Part shown: positions 9,983 to 20,338 of the stretch, piece after piece | Layout of the letters: each line of letters opens with the position of its first letter | Position numbering within the stretch: position 1 is the stretch's first letter | Assembly (NCBI GenBank): GCA_038243585.1 | Contig: JBBSQY010000001.1 | Coordinates: 1-64,000, forward strand | Reading direction: 5' to 3' | From: Candidatus Sumerlaeales bacterium | Lineage (GTDB): Bacteria > Sumerlaeota > Sumerlaeia > Sumerlaeales > Sumerlaeaceae | Length of the DNA: 64,000 nucleotides | Translations under genes and position numbers: made by a program | The notes under the pieces: model-generated | Database searches by the model: none | Seen by the model: the letters and a program-made list of their open reading frames with translations, nothing else | Told to the model about the DNA's origin: nothing

Positions 9983-11137
9983 CTATTGCTGACGGTTAGG
10001 CATTGATTGGCGCAGGGTCTCTTGTCCGTTTCCATTGCGCGGTGGAGCTTTCATCAAACGCTCCAGGGGCAGCAGGCCCACGAGCAACTCACGACTAACT
10101 ACCGGTATGATGGGAAACCCGCTGGAAACCAGCTGGGCAAAGACATCTTCCAGCCGGTCTGTACTGTTGACTGCAGGCACGTTCGGGCGCATTACGTCAG
10201 ACACCTTCAGGTAAGGCTCGCTGCGCTGCACGCCTGCCGCAAGGTCCGCCTGAAATAGCATGCCCACCACGCGGCCTTCCTCTGCCACCGGGAAATCCTG
10301 TTGGAGCCCGGAAGCGGCCAATTCACTGACCCATTCAACTGTATCGCGCGGCGACAGGGTACGAAAGTTAGTGACCATGGCCCGGGACACAGGAATATCA
10401 TGCAGGCGGCTTTTCATGGTCGCATAGCGGGCCTCACTTGCCGCGCCCATCCAGATGAAGATAGCGATAAAGCCAAGAATGAAATTGCCGTCGCCATCAA
10501 GAAATGGGATGGTGTTGATTCCGAAAACTTCCAGTACAAACAGAACCGCCATGATCTTTCCAAGCAGGCTTGCGAACGCGGTGGCTTTCTCATAAGGAAG
10601 TACCATGGCCAGAAGGCTGCGTACAACGCGTCCGCCGTCCATAGGAAACGCAGGAAGCATATTGAAAAGAATCAGGAGAATGTTAATCTTCGCGAGGCTG
10701 AGCCAGAAGCCCGAGGCCGAGATGTCAGTAAGGGGCAAAAAACCTGATCGAATTTCGGAAAGCGACCCCGTAATCGACAACCCGCCGATAATCAGAATGG
10801 CGATAACAACGTTCACCATAGGCCCGGCTATGGCGACCACAAACTCCTGCCAGGGTTTATCCGGCATACGCTCAAGGCGAGCGACTCCACCGATTGGCAA
10901 AAGGGTAATGTCCTTGGTTTTTATGCCGAAGCGGCGGGCGGATAAAGCGTGACCGTATTCATGCATTATAAGGCAGACGAAAAGGGCTACAATAAAGCCA
11001 AGGCTGGAGAGTGCCTCGATCACGCTACCGCTGGTGTGATAGTCCGCCCAGGTGAGAAAGGCGAGCAGCAGCAGAAACGTAAAATGTAGATAAACACCAA
11101 TCCCGAAGAATGTGCCAATACGATAGGAACCTTTCAA
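9983..11137 (-). CDS. Site-2 protease (M50) with tandem CBS domains
   Basis: HEYGH and NMLPAFPMDGG; C-terminal CBS pair; start moved to TTG at 11137, which follows an AAAGGGGA Shine-Dalgarno. Confidence 0.92.
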   Translation of the reverse strand: MKGSYRIGTFFGIGVYLHFTFLLLLAFLTWADYHTSGSVIEALSSLGFIVALFVCLIMHEYGHALSARRFGIKTKDITLLPIGGVARLERMPDKPWQEFVVAIAGPMVNVVIAILIIGGLSITGSLSEIRSGFLPLTDISASGFWLSLAKINILLILFNMLPAFPMDGGRVVRSLLAMVLPYEKATAFASLLGKIMAVLFVLEVFGINTIPFLDGDGNFILGFIAIFIWMGAASEARYATMKSRLHDIPVSRAMVTNFRTLSPRDTVEWVSELAASGLQQDFPVAEEGRVVGMLFQADLAAGVQRSEPYLKVSDVMRPNVPAVNSTDRLEDVFAQLVSSGFPIIPVVSRELLVGLLPLERLMKAPPRNGNGQETLRQSMPNRQQ

Positions 11138-11255
11138 TGAAGCGGTGTCCCCTTTCAATAATCGCGTTGCCGGACAGCTTAAGGTACACTAAAACCGACG
11201 GAAATTGGCTATCAACGCGCATTATTCGGGGGCAAGAAGTATACCGAAGCTTGAA

Positions 11256-12473
11256 ATGCTTATACTCGGAATCGAAACCTCCTGCGATGAAACCTCTGTA
11301 GCCCTTGTGGAGGACGGACATCGCCTTGTGGCCAGCGACGTTGCCAGCCAGGTACTGATGCATGAGAAGTTTGGCGGTGTTGTCCCGGAAATCGCCAGCC
11401 GCGCGCACATTCAGAAACTGGTGCCGATGATTGATGAATGTCTCGGACGAAACGGCTTGGCCCTGACAGATGTTGACGCGCTGGCGGTTACCTTGGGGCC
11501 GGGTCTGGTGGGGGCCCTGCTTGTGGGGGTAGAGACCGCAAAGGCATTGGCATTCGCGGCAGGCAAACCGCTTATCCCGGTTCATCACATCGCGGGTCAT
11601 CTGTATAGTCCGATGGTTTCCGGACCAACTGAGGCCTATCGACATATCGTAGTTCCTTTTGTGGGTCCGTTTGAAGGTCAATCGGCCGGAACCATGAACC
11701 CAATTCGTAATGAAGCGCCAGATGCTTCGGAAACTATTGATCATTTACCTGCTGCCACTCAAGCGCCAGCTGTTGAATTGCAGCAGGATTCTCAGCTCCA
11801 CTTTCCTTATTTGGGCCTGGTGGTTTCCGGGGGCCATAGCAGTTTGATCATGGTGAAATCCGCCATGGAATTCGAAATCCTTGGCGAGACCGTAGACGAT
11901 GCCGCAGGCGAGGCCTTCGATAAACTGGCCAGGCTTCTGGATCTTGGCTACCCCGGCGGACCATTGGTAGAAAAAACGGCTCGGGGGGGGAACCCGGCGG
12001 CATACAATTTCCCTCGTCCGATGCGAGCCAAATCATTCGGATACCAATTCAGTTTCAGCGGCCTGAAAACAGCGGCGCTAAACCAGGTCACCGCAATGGG
12101 AGGCGCAGCGGCGGTTGCCGGGGATCCGACGGCGATGGCAGATATTTGCGCGTCTTACCAGGACGCTATAGTAGATGTGCTGCTGTCTAAAACGTTACGC
12201 GCTCTTAAAGAAAGCAAATGCGGCCAGGTTGCCATTGTCGGGGGTGTCGCGTGCAATGGCAGGCTTCGCGAGATGGCTGCCCAGCAGCTTGGACAGGCTG
12301 GGCGTGTGGTTTTCCCACCACCCGCTCTATGCACGGATAACGCGGCCATGATTGCGGGTTTGGCCTGGCACCACCGCGATCTACATCGCGGCTGCGACCT
12401 GACCCTGAACGCCCAGGCCAATCTGCCGTTGGGGCCCGTGATGCCGCGCGACAGATCGACCCCGTACGAATAA
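11256..12473 (+). CDS. tsaD: tRNA t6A37 threonylcarbamoyltransferase TsaD with an internal insertion
   Basis: LGIETSCDET, GGVVPEIASRAH, HHIAGH, VSGGH, DDAAGEAFDK, FSFSGLKT, CTDNAAMI; start ATG 11256. Confidence 0.97.
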   Translation: MLILGIETSCDETSVALVEDGHRLVASDVASQVLMHEKFGGVVPEIASRAHIQKLVPMIDECLGRNGLALTDVDALAVTLGPGLVGALLVGVETAKALAFAAGKPLIPVHHIAGHLYSPMVSGPTEAYRHIVVPFVGPFEGQSAGTMNPIRNEAPDASETIDHLPAATQAPAVELQQDSQLHFPYLGLVVSGGHSSLIMVKSAMEFEILGETVDDAAGEAFDKLARLLDLGYPGGPLVEKTARGGNPAAYNFPRPMRAKSFGYQFSFSGLKTAALNQVTAMGGAAAVAGDPTAMADICASYQDAIVDVLLSKTLRALKESKCGQVAIVGGVACNGRLREMAAQQLGQAGRVVFPPPALCTDNAAMIAGLAWHHRDLHRGCDLTLNAQANLPLGPVMPRDRSTPYE

Positions 12474-12524
12474 AGCACCCGAAATCGCCCCTAATCTCTT
12501 CAGTGTCCATGGAGGTCATTTAAT

Positions 12525-13082
12525 ATGCCGATAGATAAGCGTCCATGCATGAAATGCCAGCAAAACCTGGCCACGGTTAAGATTATCCGTCTTTCAAACG
12601 GATCAGCAGAAGAACGTTTGCTCTGCCAGAGATGCGCCGCCGCCGACAGCCCTTACCAGAAGAAAATCATGCCACAGCTTGATGAAATCCTGAGCGGAAT
12701 CCTTGGTGCGGCCGCAGGCGACGCAGCTTCCAGCATTCCTCAGGTGGAACTTACCTGTTCCACTTGCGGGCTCCCCTTTGGAACCTATCGGACGTCTCTC
12801 ATTCTTGGATGCAGCGACTGTTATGAAAGTTTTGAAAAACTGCTGGTGAACGATCTGCAGCGTTTTCACGGTGCCACGCGCCACACAGGCCGGGTGCCGC
12901 ATAGTCAGGCCGAAGAAGTAAAAAACTTCCGGAGCGCGGACGACTTTAAAAAGCGGCTGGCGGACGCGATAAGGGCGGAAGATTTTCCAATGGCAGCGAA
13001 ACTCCGTGATCAGATTAAAGAATTGGAAACGGCTGAACTAGCGGTAGTCGCCGGAACCGAAGACGTGTCCGAAACCGAGTAA
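12525..13082 (+). CDS. mcsA: McsA-like protein (arginine kinase activator; CxxC plus UvrB/C motif)
   Basis: Four CxxC pairs, LGCSDCYESF...HTGRVP, C-terminal EDFPMAAKLRDQIKEL. Confidence 0.85.
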   Translation: MPIDKRPCMKCQQNLATVKIIRLSNGSAEERLLCQRCAAADSPYQKKIMPQLDEILSGILGAAAGDAASSIPQVELTCSTCGLPFGTYRTSLILGCSDCYESFEKLLVNDLQRFHGATRHTGRVPHSQAEEVKNFRSADDFKKRLADAIRAEDFPMAAKLRDQIKELETAELAVVAGTEDVSETE

Positions 13083-13152
13083 AAAGCAATTTCCGAGGCC
13101 CGACTTTTAACCCTGCTGTCAGCAGCGAGCGAAGTGTTAAGTCCACCCGCAT

Positions 13153-14337
13153 TTACAGAAACTGAATTCCAGTCGGGCGGTTGATGCCTTCATATTGATC
13201 TGCGAATTCCGGCATTCCCGTATCCTGGTTAATTCTGTAGACGACCAGACTGCCGGTATCCTGATTGGCGACGATCAGAAACTCTCCCGAGGGGCTCAGG
13301 CTCATTCCGCGCGGGTGATCGCCGCGGGTGGGTTCATGGCCCGCGGTCGTCATTTCTCCGGTTTCCGGATCGACCTCAAAAACCGCTACGCTGTTGTGCC
13401 CGCGGTTTGACAAATACACGAAACGCCCGCTAGGATGCACAAGCACTTCGGCCGGATAGTTCGCCTGATCAAAGTTGGCCGGCAGCGTAGACGTTGACAC
13501 AATTTCCGTCAATGTCCCATTCTCCGAAGACCATTCATACGCGGTTATCGTGCTGTTAAGTTCATTAGAAACAAAAGCCAGTTTGCCATTCGGGTGAAAC
13601 GCGATGTGGCGAGGCCCGGCTCCCGCCGTAGTTTTGTTTACAATCGGCGCGGAAGTATCCATGGTCTGAGAATCGGTGGCGAGCCGATAAGCAATGATTT
13701 GATCAATGCCGAGGTCAACAGCCACGGCGAATCGTCCAGATGGATCAGGACGAATGCAGTGAGCGTGAGGCGCGCTTTGCCGCTTTGCAACAACACTGGA
13801 TCCTTCGTGCTGCGCAACAGACGTCGGTTCTTCCAGCCCACCGATACCTGAGATTGGCAACAACGCCACGCTTCCGCTCCCATAGTTTGCGACTAGCACG
13901 GCTTTGCCGTCCGGAGTTACAGATATATAGCAACCGCCTGTACCGCCGGACACCGCCTGGTCAATTTGTTTTAATTCTCCGCTACCGTGATCAACGGAAA
14001 AGCTGGTGGCCGCACCAGATCGTTTTTCGTGAAAGTTCTCAATTTCGTTAATGCAATAAAGATGCTTTTGATCAGGCGCCAGCGCCAGAAAAGATGGGTT
14101 GCTCACCTTGGCAGCCAGACCCTCCGGGTGCAGCTTCGCAGTCGCGTTATCCAGGCGGAATCGATAAATTCCTTCGCTGCCTTTACCGGTATACGTACCT
14201 ATGTAAAGTAGTGTGGAAGTAGTGGATGAAGGTGAAGTCATTGGCAGATCAACATTCTTTGCGGAAATATTTTGAGACGCCAGTGCAATAAGTACCGTGG
14301 CGCAAGCAGCAACAGTATTTTTCAGCGCGTTTTTCAT
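13153..14337 (-). CDS. Secreted lactonase family beta-propeller (6-phosphogluconolactonase-like)
   Basis: YIGTYT, NPSFL, VANYGSG, PHAH, DLGID, GAGPRH, SNRGHNS; N-terminal signal peptide. Confidence 0.92.
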   Translation of the reverse strand: MKNALKNTVAACATVLIALASQNISAKNVDLPMTSPSSTTSTLLYIGTYTGKGSEGIYRFRLDNATAKLHPEGLAAKVSNPSFLALAPDQKHLYCINEIENFHEKRSGAATSFSVDHGSGELKQIDQAVSGGTGGCYISVTPDGKAVLVANYGSGSVALLPISGIGGLEEPTSVAQHEGSSVVAKRQSAPHAHCIRPDPSGRFAVAVDLGIDQIIAYRLATDSQTMDTSAPIVNKTTAGAGPRHIAFHPNGKLAFVSNELNSTITAYEWSSENGTLTEIVSTSTLPANFDQANYPAEVLVHPSGRFVYLSNRGHNSVAVFEVDPETGEMTTAGHEPTRGDHPRGMSLSPSGEFLIVANQDTGSLVVYRINQDTGMPEFADQYEGINRPTGIQFL

Positions 14338-14422
14338 GCCTGTTTCTCTTCCGTCTCATTATGACTGGTAGCCCTGAGGGCATACAAGAGCCGTAATCTA
14401 GTCGCGAAATCTGTCATTTATG

Positions 14423-14437
14423 CGGCGCGCATTTCGC
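14423..14437 (+). promoter_or_regulatory. Possible sigma-54 -24/-12 promoter (weak match)
   Basis: CGGCGCGCATTTCGC = GG-N10-GC, about 50 bp before ATG 14487. Confidence 0.35.
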
Positions 14438-14486
14438 TATTTTGAATGCGCAAAACAGCCTTTATTAATCCAAAAGGGGATATGAT

Positions 14487-15671
14487 ATGCGCGCAGTTAC
14501 CTACCACGGGAAACATGATTTTCGTGTAGATACCGTACCCGATCCGGGGATTATCGATCCGACGGATGCCGTTATCAAAATTACTTCCACGGCGATTTGC
14601 GGATCGGATCTTCACATATTCGATGGTTTTGTTCTGGAAATGGAGCAAGGTGATATCCTGGGCCACGAGTTCATGGGAATCGTCGAAGACGTCGGATCTC
14701 AAGTGACTAAGATAAAGAAAGGCGATCGAGTCGTAGTGCCGTTTACCATCTCCTGCGGTCACTGTTTTTTCTGCGAAAAGCAGCTATATTCCTGCTGCGA
14801 CACGACAAACCCCGACGCAGAGAAGACAAGTAAACTCATGGGATCTGCTCCCGCCGGATTGTTCGGTTACTCGCATTTAATGGGCGGATACCCGGGCGGC
14901 CAGGCCCAATATGTCCGTGTTCCCCATGCGGATGTCGGTCCGGTAATTGTTCCGGATGAACTGACCGATGAACAGGTCCTATTCCTTAGCGACATATTCC
15001 CAACCGGTTACATGGCTGCGGAAAACGCGACCATCGAACCGGGTGATACCGTGGCGGTGTGGGGCTGCGGACCTGTGGGGCAATTTGCAATTAAAAGCGC
15101 TTACATGATGGGTGCCGGGCGGGTGATAGCCATTGACCGCGTACCAGAACGCCTGGCGCTGGCCAGCTCTGCTGGCAAAGCCGAAACTATCAACTACGAA
15201 ACTGAAGAGCACCTGATGGCCCAACTGTATGATATGACCAGCGGCCGTGGACCTGACAGCTGCATTGACGCAGTCGGGATGGAAGCCCACGGCACGGGCC
15301 TCCAGCATTTTTATGATCGAACCAAACAAGCATTGATGCTGGAAACAGATCGTCCGCAAGTATTGCGCGAGGCAATTTATGCCGTCCGAAAGGGGGGCAC
15401 AGTCTCGGTTCCTGGTGTGTATTTAGGAATGGTCGACAAGTTCCCCATCGGACTTGTTATGAACAAGGCCTTGACCATTAAAAGCGGACAGACCCATATG
15501 CAGAAATATATGAAACCGTTATTGAACATGGTTGCAGAGGGGAAAATTGATCCAAGCTATATTATCACCCACCGGCTGAACAGTCTGGAAGACGCTCCAA
15601 ATGCCTATAAAACCTTCCGAGATAAAAAAGACGGCTGCATTAAGGTAGTGATGAAGCCGCACGGGGTATAA
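14487..15671 (+). CDS. Zinc-dependent alcohol dehydrogenase (YbdR/formaldehyde dehydrogenase-like MDR)
   Basis: ICGSDLH, GHEFMG, structural Zn [21 protein letters not shown]. Confidence 0.95.
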   Translation: MRAVTYHGKHDFRVDTVPDPGIIDPTDAVIKITSTAICGSDLHIFDGFVLEMEQGDILGHEFMGIVEDVGSQVTKIKKGDRVVVPFTISCGHCFFCEKQLYSCCDTTNPDAEKTSKLMGSAPAGLFGYSHLMGGYPGGQAQYVRVPHADVGPVIVPDELTDEQVLFLSDIFPTGYMAAENATIEPGDTVAVWGCGPVGQFAIKSAYMMGAGRVIAIDRVPERLALASSAGKAETINYETEEHLMAQLYDMTSGRGPDSCIDAVGMEAHGTGLQHFYDRTKQALMLETDRPQVLREAIYAVRKGGTVSVPGVYLGMVDKFPIGLVMNKALTIKSGQTHMQKYMKPLLNMVAEGKIDPSYIITHRLNSLEDAPNAYKTFRDKKDGCIKVVMKPHGV

Positions 15672-15731
15672 TTGAAAATGAGGCTTGTGACACCGCTTGG
15701 CCGCCGGCCTCAAATTCTTGTATTAAACGTA

Positions 15732-15761
15732 TGGGCGGATCAAACGATCCGCCCAATTTTT
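15732..15761 (+). terminator. Intrinsic terminator between convergent genes
   Basis: TGGGCGGATC-aaac-GATCCGCCCA followed by ATTTTT. Confidence 0.75.
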
Positions 15762-15792
15762 CAAGCCCGTCATTGGTGTCGGCCAGGGTATG

Positions 15793-16935
15793 CTACTGCT
15801 TCGTGGATCCACCGATAAGGCCTTTGTCGGCCAGTTCCTGATGAGCCTCGTCAAGCCGGTCTACGGCTTCGACCTGCTTTGACCATTCCACTAGTTCCTT
15901 CATACCATCTTTCAATTCGATGCGGCTTTTCCAACCTAATGCCGCGAGCTTGCTTCCGTCGCCATAACAGTGTCTTATGTCGCCGACTCTGAACTGGCCG
16001 GTAATGTCCGGCTGAAGATCTTCGCACCCGTGCAACTCAGCGAGGGTAGAGGCAATCGTCGCAATTGAAGTTCCGGTTCCGGTACAAATGTTGTACGCCT
16101 CAAGATTGGCGGCCTCGTTCTCCATCAGGAACAGCTTCGCTTCCACAAGGTCACGTACGTTAATAAAATCCCGTATCTGCTTTCCATCCTCATAGAGCAA
16201 CGGCGACTTGCCGTTCTTAATGCGGGAGGAAAAAATGGCCGCGGCACCGGTGTACGGATTAGAAAGCGCCTGGCGCGGACCGTAGGCGTTGAAAAATCGG
16301 CACGCGACCGTTGATATGCCGTGGGTGCGCCCCACCACCAGGCTATATTCCTCCTGGTCCTTCTTACTTAACGCATATACGGACGTACAATAAAGTGGTT
16401 TTGATTCCGGAGTAGGAGCCGGTTCCAGCGGCTCACTGGTTTCAGGATCAAGCATTTCGAAAGTCCCCGCGCTCAGTTGCGCTTCCGGACGCAGCAACGG
16501 AGAAACCAATCCACCGTCAGAAGGTCGTCTGTAAAGTCCTTCGCCGTAGATGCTCATAGAACTCGCCACCAGAAGGCGCTTTACGGAATTTTTTTCGTTT
16601 ACCAGAATGTCCAGCAGCAGCGCCGTGCCCGTCGTGTTGACGTGTGTGTATCGAAAAACCTGATGCTGGCTTTGCCCGACCCCCACCATGGCCGCATCGT
16701 GAATGACGGCGTCCACGCCATCAAGCGCCTTGACCATGGCATCGCGATCGAGGATGTCGCCACGGATAAACTCAGCGTCGCGTGAGAGATAGTCCGGCGG
16801 CGAATCAATAACACCGTGAACCTGCGGCTCAAGGTTATCAAATACTCGAACTTCATAACCTTTCTCCAAAAGCAGATCTACCATGTGTGATCCAATGAAG
16901 CCGGCACCGCCGGTAATCAGTACGCGCTTTAACAT
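15793..16935 (-). CDS. NAD-dependent epimerase/dehydratase (extended SDR, nucleotide-sugar)
   Basis: TGGAGFIGSH, ASSMSIYG, YALSK, RFFNAYG, RDF. Confidence 0.93.
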   Translation of the reverse strand: MLKRVLITGGAGFIGSHMVDLLLEKGYEVRVFDNLEPQVHGVIDSPPDYLSRDAEFIRGDILDRDAMVKALDGVDAVIHDAAMVGVGQSQHQVFRYTHVNTTGTALLLDILVNEKNSVKRLLVASSMSIYGEGLYRRPSDGGLVSPLLRPEAQLSAGTFEMLDPETSEPLEPAPTPESKPLYCTSVYALSKKDQEEYSLVVGRTHGISTVACRFFNAYGPRQALSNPYTGAAAIFSSRIKNGKSPLLYEDGKQIRDFINVRDLVEAKLFLMENEAANLEAYNICTGTGTSIATIASTLAELHGCEDLQPDITGQFRVGDIRHCYGDGSKLAALGWKSRIELKDGMKELVEWSKQVEAVDRLDEAHQELADKGLIGGSTKQ

Positions 16936-17132
16936 ATCATTCCTTTAACTATATCCAACTTTAAATCTATTGATTATACGTGGTGGTGGAGCGGGGGCTG
17001 TCAAATGTCAATATACCCAGGGGCGCTTCTTGGTCCCGATCTAATGTCCGTTCTGTACTTGCTTTTAGTAAAGCCGCTGTTTGTCGTAAATCTCACTCAT
17101 CATTTTTCAAAAATAATGCATAGGGAAAACTC

Positions 17133-18520
17133 ATGAAATCGTTTTATAGCCTGATGCTGATTTGCTTCATATCGGTAGCAACTGCAGCTGCAGAAGATAC
17201 TAAATCGCAACCAAACATCCTGTGGATCACCTGCGAAGACATAAGTCCTGACCTTGGCTCATACGGCGACAAATTAGTTAAGTCACCCCATCTGGACAGG
17301 CTTGCCGGACAGGGCTGCACTTATACCCGCGCCTTCGCAACTTCTCCTGTTTGTTCCTCCAGCCGGTCGGCCATAATTACGGGCATCTACGCCACTACCC
17401 TGGGCACCCACCACCATCGGAGCATGGTTCCACTGCCGGAAGACGTGCGCTGCTTTACGGCTTACCTGCGCGACGCCGGTTACTACTGCACCAACAATGA
17501 TAAGAACGACTACAACTTCGAAATACCGGCCGACGCCTGGGATGCAAATGGCAACGAGCCCACTGGCGCAATCGCCCCAGCCCCAATCAGCCATTTTTTG
17601 CAGTTATAAATTTAAAGAACACTCACGAGTCCCGTTTTCAACTGACCGACAAGGAATTTCGAGAAGCAACGAGCGACATTACAAACGCCGACCGCACCGC
17701 CACAGCGGCGGTTACGCTTCCTCCATATATACCAGATACTTCTGTAACCCGCGCTGATCAGGCTCGTTACTATGACATGATATCCGATATGGACACGCAA
17801 GCCGGAAAGTTGCTTGACGAGCTTGATGACGCCGGTCTCTCCACCAATACCCTGGTGATCTTCTTTAGCGACCACGGACGCGGCCTGCCCCGAGGCAAAC
17901 GCTGGCTGTATGACTCTGGCATTCAGGTCCCGTTGATCATCCGCTGGCCCGGCCATATTGTCCCCGGTTCCCGAAACGAAGAGCTTGTTTCTCTGCTCGA
18001 CATGGCCCCGACAATGCTGAAACTCGCTGACATTTCCCCGCCAGTTGCGATGCAGGGCAGGGTGATGCTCGGAAAAGAAAAAGAGAAGGAGCCCCAATTT
18101 CTTTTCCAGACTCGCGACCGTATGGATGAGGTCCACGACATGAGTCGCTCCGTCCGCGACGCCCGGTTTAAGTATATCAAAAACTTTTACCCTGAAAAAC
18201 CGTACAGCCAGGTGATCGAATACGCAGAGCGCACACCCACGATGAAGGAACTCCGACGCCTTCATGAAGACAGCACCCTCACTGGCTCAGCCACCCTCTT
18301 CTTCCAGCCCCGCAAACCGGCTGAAGAGTTGTACGACACCAAGGCAGACCCTTTTGAGATCAATAACCTTGCTGGCGATCCAGAGCATATTAAACCGCTG
18401 GAAATTATGCGACAGGCCTTGGAAACGTGGCAGCAAAAAACCGGCGACAAAGGGTTCATGCCGGAATCGACTACGCAGAAACCCGCCGGGAAGAAGCGTG
18501 AAAAACGACTGAAGCCCTAG
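17133..18520 (+). pseudogene. Secreted sulfatase interrupted by a single-base frameshift at about 17557 (pseudogene or sequencing error)
   Basis: 5' ORF has a signal peptide, PNILWITCED and CSSSRSAIITG; from 17558 the frame of ORF 17777..18520 reads AHWRNRPSPNQPFFAVIN...THES...PPYIPDT...RYYDMI with no stop, then SDHG, RGKRWLYD, EELYD. Confidence 0.88.
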
Positions 18521-18589
18521 CCCGCCAAGCGGAACTTACCCGGTTCCACTTTGCATTTTCCGCCGGGCTCGCCATACTTCTCATTCGAT

Positions 18590-19432
18590 ATGGGACGTTT
18601 TTCAAAGCTTGAGACAGGAACGGGAGCTTCGCCGGAGAGGGACCCGGACGAGGGCCCCATGGGGCTGCGCTCGCGCGTGCGCTCAAAACCAGCTTCTGAC
18701 CAGTCTCCCGACACGGACTATGATCAGGGGCATTACCAGGCCGAAGGTGAACGTTATTTTTACCTGGGAGAATATCAGAAGGCATTACGCGCCTATTCCC
18801 GCGCCATGCAGGTGGATCATTCCGCAGTAGAGCCGTGGATCGGCCAGATATTGGCGCTGCTGAAACTAAAACAGCAGCGGGAAGCAACCATGTGGGCAAT
18901 GCGAGCCGTGGAGTTGTTCCCGGAAGATGCCCGTCTGGCCAGCCTGCAGGGGTTAACCATGGCGCTGTCTGGTGCCAGGCAGCGGGCAATCTCCTGTAGT
19001 GATTTCGCGATGGGTCGCCCTAACGGAAGCTCGGCGTTTACGTGGGCGATCCGGGGGCAGATATTGTCTCATTGCGAAAATCCCAACGCCCGGTTTTGTT
19101 TCGACAAGGTTCTCGAAACTCGGGAGTCAGACGACTGGCGGATATTGGCGCAAGTGGGTGATTTTCTCCTTACGGAGAAAAAATGGGCCAGGGCCCTTGA
19201 GTTCTTGCGCCCGGCTGCCGAGCTACACTCGGTGAACCCATGGTTGTGGAAACGGCTGGGGTTTGCGAACGAACGTCTGAGTTTTACCCAACCCGCGCTG
19301 GAGGCTTATCGTGCAGCCTTGGAAATTAACCCCAATGATCGCGAAGCTCAGGAACACCTGCGCCGGTTGGGGGCAATTCCTCTACCGGTGCGCCTTTGGC
19401 GCAAGGCCACGCGGCTTATCAATCGGGCTTGA
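18590..19432 (+). CDS. Tetratricopeptide repeat protein
   Basis: TPR-like units (GEYQKALRAYSRAM, ALEAYRAALEINP); start ATG 18590 preferred. Confidence 0.85.
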   Translation: MGRFSKLETGTGASPERDPDEGPMGLRSRVRSKPASDQSPDTDYDQGHYQAEGERYFYLGEYQKALRAYSRAMQVDHSAVEPWIGQILALLKLKQQREATMWAMRAVELFPEDARLASLQGLTMALSGARQRAISCSDFAMGRPNGSSAFTWAIRGQILSHCENPNARFCFDKVLETRESDDWRILAQVGDFLLTEKKWARALEFLRPAAELHSVNPWLWKRLGFANERLSFTQPALEAYRAALEINPNDREAQEHLRRLGAIPLPVRLWRKATRLINRA

Positions 19433-19438
19433 TCCTGC

Positions 19439-20137
19439 TTATTGCCCAGGACCGATGCGGTAAACGTCGCCGTCGCTGACGGTTCCATTCGTTGCATCGT
19501 ATGAAAGATCAACCAGATACTCTCTCATGCGTGATGCGTCGACGCCGGCACCTTGAGTGCCTTCTATAAAGTGGATAACTGCCCGTTCACTAATGTCGCC
19601 CAGGCGCGCGTCTTGTGCTGTGCTCAAAGGATTCGCCGAATTCGCATTTCCGATACCAGAGTTATTGGTGCCCAAATGATCCATATCTGGTCCAACGCTG
19701 GTCAATACGTAACCATTACGACGTTCCTTCGCAGGACGATAACAGTACGTCCAGTTGCCGCATCCCTTTACAAAAGGATCGTTGGGAATAGCGTTCATGT
19801 AAGCGATGGGAGTAGTCAGTCCAAAAAAATCAGTGCCGACGTGCTTGTCTCCAGAGATAAGACGAAACCCGTAATACTTATTTCCCAGGCCGTAAGGTGC
19901 TAGAAAAGCTTTGATCGCTGGATCATATCCATCTGGATTATCCGTGCCTTCCGGATAGGAATTCTGATCGATTCGGTAAGTTTCGATGCCTGTGGCGATG
20001 CTCCTCAGATCACTCTGAACCCTCGCAACCTTAGCCCGTGTCTGTGCCTCCAAAAAATTTGGAACCGCAATGGCGGCAAGAATGGCAATGATTGCAACAA
20101 CGATGAGAAGCTCAATAAGGGTAAAGGCGCGTTTCAC
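19439..20137 (-). CDS. Prepilin-type N-terminal cleavage/methylation protein (type IV pilin/pseudopilin-like)
   Basis: KRA|FTLIELLIVVAIIAILAAIAVP class III signal; LTTPIAY; C-terminal YDATNGTVSDGDVYR. Confidence 0.93.
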   Translation of the reverse strand: MKRAFTLIELLIVVAIIAILAAIAVPNFLEAQTRAKVARVQSDLRSIATGIETYRIDQNSYPEGTDNPDGYDPAIKAFLAPYGLGNKYYGFRLISGDKHVGTDFFGLTTPIAYMNAIPNDPFVKGCGNWTYCYRPAKERRNGYVLTSVGPDMDHLGTNNSGIGNANSANPLSTAQDARLGDISERAVIHFIEGTQGAGVDASRMREYLVDLSYDATNGTVSDGDVYRIGPGQ

Positions 20138-20185
20138 TTTTAAGTTATCCTGTGCGATATTTGATTATTACGGCGGGTGTTCATG

Positions 20186-20200
20186 GCAAGCACAATGCCA
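20186..20200 (-). promoter_or_regulatory. Sigma-54 -24/-12 promoter of the pilin-like gene
   Basis: Minus strand TGGCATTGTGCTTGC matches TGGCA-N6-TTGC, about 50 bp upstream of GTG 20137. Confidence 0.65.
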
Positions 20201-20280
20201 TACGCAAGATTCCACTTAACCGTAATAGAATCAAATTTCTTTAACAATTAAGCTAAACGTGAGTTAACCCGTTTCTTCTC

Positions 20281-20305
20281 ATATCCACCAGAAGGTGGTG
20301 GATAT
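20281..20305. promoter_or_regulatory. Perfect 10-bp inverted repeat, candidate activator/operator site
   Basis: ATATCCACCA-gaagg-TGGTGGATAT between divergent genes; no U-tract. Confidence 0.5.
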
Positions 20306-20338
20306 CAGCCATAAACACTAACATTAGGAACTTACCTA

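Noticed and set aside
11618..11801. TsaD insertion as an intein
   Set aside because: Too short, with no terminal His-Asn and no splicing-block motifs
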